Assembly: GCA_964057225.1 (NCBI GenBank)
Contig: OZ059896.1
Location: forward strand, 23,250,001 to 23,314,000
DNA from: Auanema rhodensis
Taxonomy: Eukaryota; Animalia; Nematoda
Reading direction: 5' to 3'
Length of the DNA stretch: 64,000 bases
Under the pieces are notes generated by a model. The model was not told where the DNA came from, searched no databases, and was given only the letters and a program-made list of their open reading frames with translations. Below, piece by piece: positions 1 to 11,792 of this stretch. The position numbers and the translations under genes are program-made. Position 1 is the stretch's first letter; every line of letters begins with the position of its first letter.

Positions 1-880
1 CTTTGAAATTTACGTGAACTTTAATTTATGCTAATTAAATGTACACGTGATGTGCACTTGGTATGTAACTCGCTTCACGTGAAAGATTAAGAGATGCGGT
101 TTTCGAAATTAGATTCCCCATGTCCATATTAGTCTAAAAACAAATTTTTATTGATATTGGTGCATGGTAACCATGACTTTGAAATTTACGTGAACTTTAA
201 TTTATGCTAATTAAATGTACACGTGATGTGCACTTGGTATGTAACTCGCTTCACGTGAAAGATAAAGAGATGCGGTTTTCAAAATTAGATTCCCCATGTC
301 CATATTAGTCTAAAAACAAATTTTTATTGATATTGGTGCATGGTAACCATGACTTTGAAATTTACGTGAACTTTAATTTATGCTAATTAAATGTACACGT
401 GATGTGCACTTGGTAAGTAACTCGCTTCACGTGAAAGATAAAGAGATGCGGTTTTCAAAATTAGATTCCCCATGTCCATATTAGTCTAAAAACAAATTTT
501 TATTGATATTGCTTCATGGTAACCATGACTTTGAAATTTACGTGAACTTTAATTTATGCTAATTAAATGTACACGTGATGTGCACTTGGTATGTAACTCG
601 CTTCACGTGAAAGATAAAGAGATGCGGTTTTAAAAATTAGATTCCCCATGTCCATATTAGTCTAAAAACAAATTGTTATTGATATTGGTGCATGGTAACC
701 ATGACTTTGAAATTTACGTGAACTTTAATTTATGCTAATTAAATGTACACTTGATGTACACTTGGTATCTAACTCGCTTCACGTGAAAGATAAAGAGATG
801 CGGTTTTCAAAATTAGATTCCCCATGTCCATATTAGTCTAAAAACAAATTTTTATTGATATTGGTGCATGGTAACCTTGA

Positions 881-3168
881 CTTTGAAATTTACGTGAACT
901 TTAATTTATGCTAATTAAATGTACACGTGATGTGCACTTGGTATGTAACTCGCTTCACGTGAAAGATAAAGAGATGCGGTTTTCAAAATTAGATTCCCCA
1001 TGTCCATATTAGTCTAAAAACAAATTTTTATTGATATTGGTGCATGGTAACCATGACTTTGAAATTAACGTGAACTTTAATTTATGCTAATTAAATGTAC
1101 ACGTGATGTACACTTGGTATGTAACTTGCTTCACGTGAAAGATAAAGAGATGCGGTTTTCAAAATTCGATTCCCCATGTCCATATTAGTCTAAAAACAAA
1201 TTTTTATTGATATTGGTTCATGGTAACCATGACTTTGAAATTTACGTGAACTTTAATTTATGCTAATTAAATGTACACGTGATGTGCACTTGGTATATAA
1301 CTCGCTTCACGTGAAAGATAAAGAGATGCGGTTTTCAAAATTAGATTCCCCATGTCCATATTAGTCTAAAAACAAATTTTTATTGATATTGCTTCATGGT
1401 AACCATGACTTTGAAATTTACGTGAACTTTAATTTATGCTGATTAAATGTACACGTGATGTGCACTTGGTATGTAACTCGCTTCACGTGAAAGATAAAGA
1501 GATGCGGCTTTCAAAATTAGATTCCCCATGTCCATATTAGTCTAAAAACAAATTTTTATTGATATTGGTTCATGGTAACCATGACTTTGAAATTTACGTG
1601 AACTTTAATTTATGCTAATTAAATGTACACGTGATGTGCACTTGGTATGTAACTCGCTTCACGTGAAAGATAAAGAGATGCGGTTTTCAAAATTAGATTC
1701 CCCATGTCCATATTAGTCTAAAAACAAATTTTTATTGATATTGGTGCATGGTAACCATGACTTTGAAATTTACGTGAACTTTAATTTATGCTAATTAAAT
1801 GTACACTTGATGTACACTTGGTATGTAACTCGCTTCACGTGAAAGATAAAGAGATGCGGTTTTCAAAATTAGATTCCCCATGTCCATATTAGTCTAAAAA
1901 CAAATTTTTATTGATATTGGTGCATGGTAACCTTGACTTTGAAATTTACGTGAACTTTAATTTATGCTAATTAAATGTACACGTGATGTGCACTTGGTAT
2001 GTAACTCGCTTCACGTGAAAGATAAAGAGATGCGGTTTTCAAAATTAGATTCCCCATGTCCATATTAGTCTAAAAACAAATTTTTATTGATATTGCTTCA
2101 TGGTAACCATGACTTTGAAATTTACGTGAACTTTAATTTATGCTAATTAAATGTACACGTGATGTGCACTTGGTATGTAACTCGCTTCACGTGAAAGATA
2201 AAGAGATGCGGTTTTCAAAATTAGATTCCCCATGTCCATATTAGTCTAAAAACAAATTTTTATTGATATTGCTTCATGGTAACCATGACTTTGAAATTTA
2301 CGTGAACTTTAATTTATGCTAATTAAATGTACACGTGATGTGCACTTGGTATGTAACTCGCTTCACGTGAAAGATAAAGAGATGCGGTTTTCAAAATTAG
2401 ATTCCCCATGTCCATATTAGTCTAAAAACAAATTTTTATTGATATTGGTGCATGGTAACCATGACTTTGAAATTAACGTGAACTTTAATTTATGCTAATT
2501 AAATGTACACGTGATGTACACTTGGTATGTAACTTGCTTCACGTGAAAGATAAAGAGATGCGGTTTTCAAAATTCGATTCCCCATGTCCATATTAGTCTA
2601 AAAACAAATTTTTATTGATATTGGTTCATGGTAACCATGACTTTGAAATTTACGTGAACTTTAATTTATGCTAATTAAATGTACACGTGATGTGCACTTG
2701 GTATATAACTCGCTTCACGTGAAAGATAAAGAGATGCGGTTTTCAAAATTAGATTCCCCATGTCCATATTAGTCTAAAAACAAATTTTTATTGATATTGC
2801 TTCATGGTAACCATGACTTTGAAATTTACGTGAACTTTAATTTATGCTGATTAAATGTACACGTGATGTGCACTTGGTATGTAACTCGCTTCACGTGAAA
2901 GATAAAGAGATGCGGCTTTCAAAATTAGATTCCCCATGTCCATATTAGTCTAAAAACAAATTTTTATTGATATTGGTTCATGGTAACCATGACTTTGAAA
3001 TTTACGTGAACTTTAATTTATGCTAATTAAATGTACACGTGATGTGCACTTGGTATGTAACTCGCTTCACGTGAAAGATAAAGAGATGCGGTTTTCAAAA
3101 TTAGATTCCCCATGTCCATATTAGTCTAAAAACAAATTTTTATTGATATTGGTGCATGGTAACCATGA
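881..3168. repeat. Five-monomer block repeated at an 8-monomer (1408-bp) offset
   Basis: M6-M10 match M14-M18: T11A/G54A/C71T/A111C monomer, then G65A monomer, then A33G+T100C monomer. Confidence 0.88.
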
Positions 3169-4752
3169 CTTTGAAATTTACGTGAACTTTAATTTATGCT
3201 AATTAAATGTACACGTGATGTGCACTTGGTATGTAACTCGCTTCACGTGAAAGATAAAGAGATGCGGTTTTCAAAATTAGATTCCCCATGTCCATATTAG
3301 TCTAAAAACAAATTTTTATTGATATTGGTTAATGGTAACCATGACTTTGAAATTTACGTGAACTTTAATTTATGCTAATTAAATGTACACGTGATGTGCA
3401 CTTGGTATGTAACTCGCTTCACGTGAAAGATAAAGAGATGCGGTTTTCAAAATTAGATTCCCCATGTCCATATTAGTCTAAAAACAAATTTTTATTGATA
3501 TTGCTTCATGGTAACCATGACTTTGAAATTTACGTGAACTTTAATTTATGCTAATTAAATGTACACGTGATGTGCACTTGGTATGTAACTCGCTTCACGT
3601 GAAAGATAAAGAGATGCGGTTTTCAAAATTAGATTCCCCATGTCCATATTAGTCTAAAAACAAATTTTTATTGATATTGGTGCATGGTAACCATGACTTT
3701 GAAATTTACGTGAACTTTAATTTATGCTAATTAAATGTACACGTGATGTGCACTTGGTATGTAACTCGCTTCACGTGAAAGATAAAGAGATGCGGTTTTC
3801 AAAATTAGATTCCCCATGTCCATATTAGTCTAAAAACAAATTTTTATTGATATTGGTTAATGGTAACCATGACTTTGAAATTTACGTGAACTTTAATTTA
3901 TGCTAATTAAATGTACACGTGATGTGCACTTGGTATGTAACTCGCTTCACGTGAAAGATAAAGAGATGCGGTTTTCAAAATTAGATTCCCCATGTCCATA
4001 TTAGTCTAAAAACAAATTTTTATTGATATTGCTTCATGGTAACCATGACTTTGAAATTTACGTGAACTTTAATTTATGCTAATTAAATGTACACGTGATG
4101 TGCACTTGGTATGTAACTCGCTTCACGTGAAAGATAAAGAGATGCGGTTTTCAAAATTAGATTCCCCATGTCCATATTAGTCTAAAAACAAATTTTTATT
4201 GATATTGGTTCATGGTAACCATGACTTTGAAATTTACGTGAACTTTAATTTATGCTAATTAAATGTACACGTGATGTGCACTTGGTATGTAACTCGCTTC
4301 ACGTGAAAGATAAAGAGATGCGGTTTTCAAAATTAGATTCCCCATGTCCATATTAGTCTAAAAACAAATTTTTATTGATATTGGTGCATGGTAACAATGA
4401 CTTTGAAATTTACGTGAACTTTAATTTATGCTAATTAAATGTACACGTGATGTGCACTTGGTATGTAACGCGCTTCACGTGAAAGATAAAGAGATGCGGT
4501 TTTCAAAATTAAATTCCCCATGTCCATATTAGTCTAAAAACAAATTTTTATTGATATTGGTGCATGGTAACCATGACTTTGAAATTTACGTGAACTTTAA
4601 TTTATGCTAATTAAATGTACACTTGATGTACACTTGGTATGTAACTCGCTTCACGTGAAAGATAAAGAGATGCGGTTTTCAAAATTAGATTCCCCATGTC
4701 CATATTAGTCTAAAAACAAATTTTTATTGATATTGGTGCATGGTAACCATGA

Positions 4753-7700
4753 CTTTGAAATTTACGTGAACTTTAATTTATGCTAATTAAATGTACACGT
4801 GATGTGCACTTGGTAAGTAACTCGCTTCACGTGAAAGATAAAGAGATGCGGTTTTCAAAATTAGATTCCCCATGTCCATATTAGTCTAAAAACAAATTTT
4901 TATTGATATTGCTTCATGGTAACCATGACTTTGAAATTTACGTGAACTTTAATTTATGCTAATTAAATGTACACGTGATGTGCACTTGGTATGTAACTCG
5001 CTTCACGTGAAAGATAAAGAGATGCGGTTTTCAAAATTAGATTCCCCATGTCCATATTAGTCTAAAAACAAATTTTTATTGATATTGGTGCATGGTAACC
5101 ATGACTTTGAAATTTACGTGAACTTTAATTTATGCTAATTAAATGTACACTTGATGTACACTTGGTATCTAACTCGCTTCACGTGAAAGATAAAGAGATG
5201 CGGTTTTCAAAATTAGATTCCCCATGTCCATATTAGTCTAAAAACAAATTTTTATTGATATTGGTGCATGGTAACCTTGACTTTGAAATTTACGTGAACT
5301 TTAATTTATGCTAATTAAATGTACACGTGATGTGCACTTGGTATGTAACTTGCTTCACGTGAAAGATAAAGAGATGCGGTTTTCAAAATTAGATTCCCCA
5401 TGTCCATATTAGTCTAAAAACAAATTTTTATTGATATTGGTGCATGGTAACCATGACTTTGAAATTAACGTGAACTTTAATTTATGCTAATTAAATGTAC
5501 ACGTGATGTACACTTGGTATGTAACTTGCTTCACGTGAAAGATAAAGAGATGCGGTTTTCAAAATTCGATTCCCCATGTCCATATTAGTCTAAAAACAAA
5601 TTTTTATTGATATTGGTTCATGGTAACCATGACTTTGAAATTTACGTGAACTTTAATTTATGCTAATTAAATGTACACGTGATGTGCACTTGGTATATAA
5701 CTCGCTTCACGTGAAAGATAAAGAGATGCGGTTTTCAAAATTAGATTCCCCATGTCCATATTAGTCTAAAAACAAATTTTTATTGATATTGCTTCATGGT
5801 AACCATGACTTTGAAATTTACGTGAACTTTAATTTATGCTGATTAAATGTACACGTGATGTGCACTTGGTATGTAACTCGCTTCACGTGAAAGATAAAGA
5901 GATGCGGTTTTCAAAATTAGATTCCCCATGTCCATATTAGTCTAAAAACAAATTTTTATTGATATTGGTTCATGGTAACCATGACTTTGAAATTTACGTG
6001 AACTTTAATTTATGCTAATTAAATGTACACGTGATGTGCACTTGGTATGTAACTCGCTTCACGTGAAAGATAAAGAGATGCGGTTTTCAAAATTAGATTC
6101 CCCATGTCCATATTAGTCTAAAAACAAATTTTTATTGATATTGGTGCATGGTAACCATGACTTTGAAATTTACGTGAACTTTAATTTATGCTAATTAAAT
6201 GTACACGTGATGTGCACTTGGTATGTAACTCGCTTCACGTGAAAGATAAAGAGATGCGGTTTTCAAAATTAGATTCCCCATGTCCATATTAGTCTAAAAA
6301 CAAATTTTTATTGATATTGGTTAATGGTAACCATGACTTTGAAATTTACGTGAACTTTAATTTATGCTAATTAAATGTACACGTGATGTGCACTTGGTAT
6401 GTAACTCGCTTCACGTGAAAGATAAAGAGATGCGGTTTTCAAAATTAGATTCCCCATGTCCATATTAGTCTAAAAACAAATTTTTATTGATATTGCTTCA
6501 TGGTAACCATGACTTTGAAATTTACGTGAACTTTAATTTATGCTAATTAAATGTACACGTGATGTGCACTTGGTATGTAACTCGCTTCACGTGAAAGATA
6601 AAGAGATGCGGTTTTCAAAATTAGATTCCCCATGTCCATATTAGTCTAAAAACAAATTTTTATTGATATTGGTTCATGGTAACCATGACTTTGAAATTTA
6701 CGTGAACTTTAATTTATGCTAATTAAATGTACACGTGATGTGCACTTGGTATGTAACTCGCTTCACGTGAAAGATAAAGAGATGCGGTTTTCAAAATTAG
6801 ATTCCCCATGTCCATATTAGTCTAAAAACAAATTTTTATTGATATTGGTGCATGGTAACCATGACTTTGAAATTTACGTGAACTTTAATTTATGCTAATT
6901 AAATGTACACGTGATGTGCACTTGGTATGTAACTCGCTTCACGTGAAAGATAAAGAGATGCGGTTTTCAAAATTAAATTCCCCATGTCCATATTAGTCTA
7001 AAAACAAATTTTTATTGATATTGGTGCATGGTAACCATGACTTTGAAATTTACGTGAACTTTAATTTATGCTAATTAAATGTACACTTGATGTACACTTG
7101 GTATGTAACTCGCTTCACGTGAAAGATAAAGAGATGCGGTTTTCAAAATTAGATTCCCCATGTCCATATTAGTCTAAAAACAAATTTTTATTGATATTGG
7201 TGCATGGTACCCTTGACTTTGAAATTTACGTGAACTTTAATTTATGCTAATTAAATGTACACGTGATGTGCACTTGGTATGTAACTCGCTTTACGTGAAA
7301 GATAAAGAGATGCGGTTTTCAAAATTAGATTCCCCATGTCCATATTAGTCTAAAAACAAATTTTTATTGATATTGGTGCATGGTAACCATGACTTTGAAT
7401 TTTACGTGAACTTTAATTTATGCTAATTAAATGTACACGTGATGTGCACTTGGTATGGAACTCGCTTCACGTGAAAGATAAAGAGATGCGGTTTTCAAAA
7501 TTAGATTCCCCATGTCCATATTAGTCTAAAAACAAATTTTTATTGATATTGGTTCATGGTAACCATGACTTTGAAATTTACGTGAACTTTAATTTATGCT
7601 AATTAAATGTACACGTGATGTGCACTTGGTATGTAACTCGCTTCACGTGAAAGATAAAGAGATGCGGTTTTCAAAATTAGATTCCCCATGTCCATATTAG

Positions 7701-8800
7701 TCTAAAAACAAATTTTTATTGATATTGCTTCATGGTAACCATGACTTTGAAATTTACGTGAACTTTAATTTATGCTAATTAAATGTACACGTGATGTGCA
7801 CTTGGTATGTAACTCGCTTCACGTGAAAGATAAAGAGATGCGGTTTTCAAAATTAGATTCCCCATGTCCATATTAGTCTAAAAACAAATTTTTATTGATA
7901 TTGGTTCATGGTAACCATGACTTTGAAATTTACGTGAACTTTAATTTATGCTAATTAAATGTACACGTGATGTGCACTTGGTATGTAACTCGCTTCACGT
8001 GAAAGATAAAGAGATGCGGTTTTCAAAATTAGATTCCCCATGTCCATATTAGTCTAAAAACAAATTTTTATTGATATTGGTGCATGGTAACCATGACTTT
8101 GAAATTTACGTGAACTTTAATTTATGCTAATTAAATGTACACTTGATGTACACTTGGTATGTAACTCGCTTCACGTGAAAGATAAAGAGATGCGGTTTTC
8201 AAAATTAGATTCCCCATGTCCATATTAGTCTAAAAACAAATTTTTATTGATATTGGTTCATGGTAACCATGACTTTGAAATTTACGTGAACTTTAATTTA
8301 TGCTAATTAAATGTACACGTGATGTGCACTTGGTATGTAACTCGCTTCACGTGAAAGATAAAGAGATGCGGTTTTCAAAATTAGATTCCTCATGTCCATA
8401 TTAGTCTAAAAACAAATTTTTATTGATATTGGTTCATGGTAACCATGACTTTGAAATTTACGTGAACTTTAATTTATGCTAATTAAATGTACACGTGATG
8501 TGCACTTGGTATGTAACTCGCTTCACGTGAAAGATTAAGAGATGCGGTTTTCGAAATTAGATTCCCCATGTCCATATTAGTCTAAAAACAAATTTTTATT
8601 GATATTGGTGCATGGTAACCATGACTTTGAAATTTACGTGAACTTTAATTTATGCTAATTAAATGTACACGTGATGTGCACTTGGTATGTAACTCGCTTC
8701 ACGTGAAAGATAAAGAGATGCGGTTTTCAAAATTAGATTCCCCATGTCCATATTAGTCTAAAAACAAATTTTTATTGATATTAGTGCATGGTAACCATGA
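4753..8800. repeat. One complete copy of a putative 23-monomer (4048-bp) HOR, M28-M50
   Basis: T64A monomers at M28 and M51 bracket an ordered set of marker monomers. The same order is seen at M1-M10 and again at M62-M93 once internal duplications are removed. Confidence 0.75.
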
Positions 8801-11792
8801 CTTTGAAATTTACGTGAACTTTAATTTATGCTAATTAAATGTACACGTGATGTGCACTTGGTAAGTAACTCGCTTCACGTGAAAGATAAAGAGATGCGGT
8901 TTTCAAAATTAGATTCCCCATGTCCATATTAGTCTAAAAACAAATTTTTATTGATATTGCTTCATGGTAACCATGACTTTGAAATTTACGTGAACTTTAA
9001 TTTATGCTAATTAAATGTACACGTGATGTGCACTTGGTATGTAACTCGCTTCACGTGAAAGATAAAGAGATGCGGTTTTCAAAATTAGATTCCCCATGTC
9101 CATATTAGTCTAAAAACAAATTTTTATTGATATTGGTTCATGGTAACCATGACTTTGAAATTTACGTGAACTTTAATTTATGCTAATTAAATGTACACGT
9201 GATGTGCACTTGGTATGTAACTCGCTTCACGTGAAAGATAAAGAGATGCGGTTTTCAAAATTAGATTCGCCATGTCCATATTAGTCTAAAAACAAATTTT
9301 TATTGATATTGGTGCATGGTAACCATGACTTTGAAATTTACGTGAACTTTAATTTATGCTAATTAAATGTACACTTGATGTACACTTGGTATGTAACTCG
9401 CTTCACGTGAAAGATAAAGAGATGCGGTTTTCAAAATTAGATTCCCCATGTCCATATTAGTCTAAAAACAAATTTTTATTGATATTGGTTCATGGTAACC
9501 ATGACTTTGAAATTTACGTGAACTTTAATTTATGCTAATTAAATGTACACGTGATGTGCACTTGGTATGTAACTCGCTTCACGTGAAAGATAAAGAGATG
9601 CGGTTTTCAAAATTAGATTCCTCATGTCCATATTAGTCTAAAAACAAATTTTTATTGATATTGGTTCATGGTAACCATGACTTTGAAATTTACGTGAACT
9701 TTAATTTATGCTAATTAAATGTACACGTGATGTGCACTTGGTATGTAACTCGCTTCACGTGAAAGATTAAGAGATGCGGTTTTCGAAATTAGATTCCCCA
9801 TGTCCATATTAGTCTAAAAACAAATTTTTATTGATATTGGTGCATGGTAACCATGACTTTGAAATTTACGTGAACTTTAATTTATGCTAATTAAATGTAC
9901 ACGTGATGTGCACTTGGTATGTAACTCGCTTCACGTGAAAGATAAAGAGATGCGGTTTTCAAAATTAGATTCCCCATGTCCATATTAGTCTAAAAACAAA
10001 TTTTTATTGATATTAGTGCATGGTAACCATGACTTTGAAATTTACGTGAACTTTAATTTATGCTAATTAAATGTACACGTGATGTGCACTTGGTAAGTAA
10101 CTCGCTTCACGTGAAAGATAAAGAGATGCGGTTTTCAAAATTAGATTCCCCATGTCCATATTAGTCTAAAAACAAATTTTTATTGATATTGCTTCATGGT
10201 AACCATGACTTTGAAATTTACGTGAACTTTAATTTATGCTAATTAAATGTACACGTGATGTGCACTTGGTATGTAACTCGCTTCACGTGAAAGATAAAGA
10301 GATGCGGTTTTCAAAATTAGATTCCCCATGTCCATATTAGTCTAAAAACAAATTTTTATTGATATTGGTGCATGGTAACCATGACTTTGAAATTTACGTG
10401 AACTTTAATTTATGCTAATTAAATGTACACTTGATGTACACTTGGTATGTAACTCGCTTCACATGAAAGATAAAGAGATGCGGTTTTCAAAATTAGATTC
10501 CCCATGTCCATATTAGTCTAAAAACAAATTTTTATTGATATTGGTGCATGGTAACCTTGACTTTGAAATTTACGTGAACTTTAATTTATGCTAATTAAAT
10601 GTACACGTGATGTGCACTTGGTATGTAACTCGCTTCACGTGAAAGATAAAGAGATGCGGTTTTCAAAATTAGATTCCCCATGTCCATATTAGTCTAAAAA
10701 CAAATTTTTATTGATATTGGTTCATGGTAACCATGACTTTGAAATTTACGTGAACTTTAATTTATGCTAATTAAATGTACACGTGATGTGCACTTGGTAT
10801 GTAACTCGCTTCACGTGAAAGATAAAGAGATGCGGTTTTCAAAATTAGATTCCTCATGTCCATATTAGTCTAAAAACAAATTTTTATTGATATTGGTTCA
10901 TGGTAACCATGACTTTGAAATTTACGTGAACTTTAATTTATGCTAATTAAATGTACACGTGATGTGCACTTGGTATGTAACTCGCTTCACGTGAAAGATT
11001 AAGAGATGCGGTTTTCGAAATTAGATTCCCCATGTCCATATTAGTCTAAAAACAAATTTTTATTGATATTGGTGCATGGTAACCATGACTTTGAAATTTA
11101 CGTGAACTTTAATTTATGCTAATTAAATGTACACGTGATGTGCACTTGGTATGTAACTCGCTTCACGTGAAAGATAAAGAGATGCGGTTTTCAAAATTAG
11201 ATTCCCCATGTCCATATTAGTCTAAAAACAAATTTTTATTGATATTAGTGCATGGTAACCATGACTTTGAAATTTACGTGAACTTTAATTTATGCTAATT
11301 AAATGTACACGTGATGTGCACTTGGTAAGTAACTCGCTTCACGTGAAAGATAAAGAGATGCGGTTTTCAAAATTAGATTCCCCATGTCCATATTAGTCTA
11401 AAAACAAATTTTTATTGATATTGCTTCATGGTAACCATGACTTTGAAATTTACGTGAACTTTAATTTATGCTAATTAAATGTACACGTGATGTGCACTTG
11501 GTATGTAACTCGCTTCACGTGAAAGATAAAGAGATGCGGTTTTCAAAATTAGATTCCCCATGTCCATATTAGTCTAAAAACAAATTTTTATTGATATTGG
11601 TGCATGGTAACCATGACTTTGAAATTTACGTGAACTTTAATTTATGCTAATTAAATGTACACTTGATGTACACTTGGTATGTAACTCGCTTCACATGAAA
11701 GATAAAGAGATGCGGTTTTCAAAATTAGATTCCCCATGTCCATATTAGTCTAAAAACAAATTTTTATTGATATTGGTGCATGGTAACCTTGA
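7745..11792. repeat. 7-monomer (1232-bp) local HOR, ~3 copies
   Basis: C118T at M48/55/62, A88T+A105G at M49/56/63, G159A at M50/57/64, T64A+C160 at M51/58/65, and G79A+A173T at M60/67. Confidence 0.9.

Noticed and set aside
101-117. CENP-B box
   Set aside because: TTCG arises only in rare variant monomers (e.g. A105G), and the downstream CGGG of NTTCGNNNNANNCGGGN is absent.
1-176. Identity with Brassica CentBr (also 176 bp), Arabidopsis CEN178 or primate alpha satellite
   Set aside because: Only the length is similar. The sequence does not resemble those consensus sequences as I recall them. This was not verified by a database search.
1-176. Tandem 5S rRNA, tRNA, snRNA or spliced-leader gene array
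   Set aside because: No recognisable cloverleaf, A/B/C boxes or conserved RNA gene sequence. The unit is AT-rich with only short stems.
44-176. Budding-yeast point centromere (CDEI-CDEII-CDEIII)
   Set aside because: There is a CDEI-like 8-mer, but no >90% AT CDEII tract and no CCG-containing CDEIII. Tandem organisation does not fit a point centromere.
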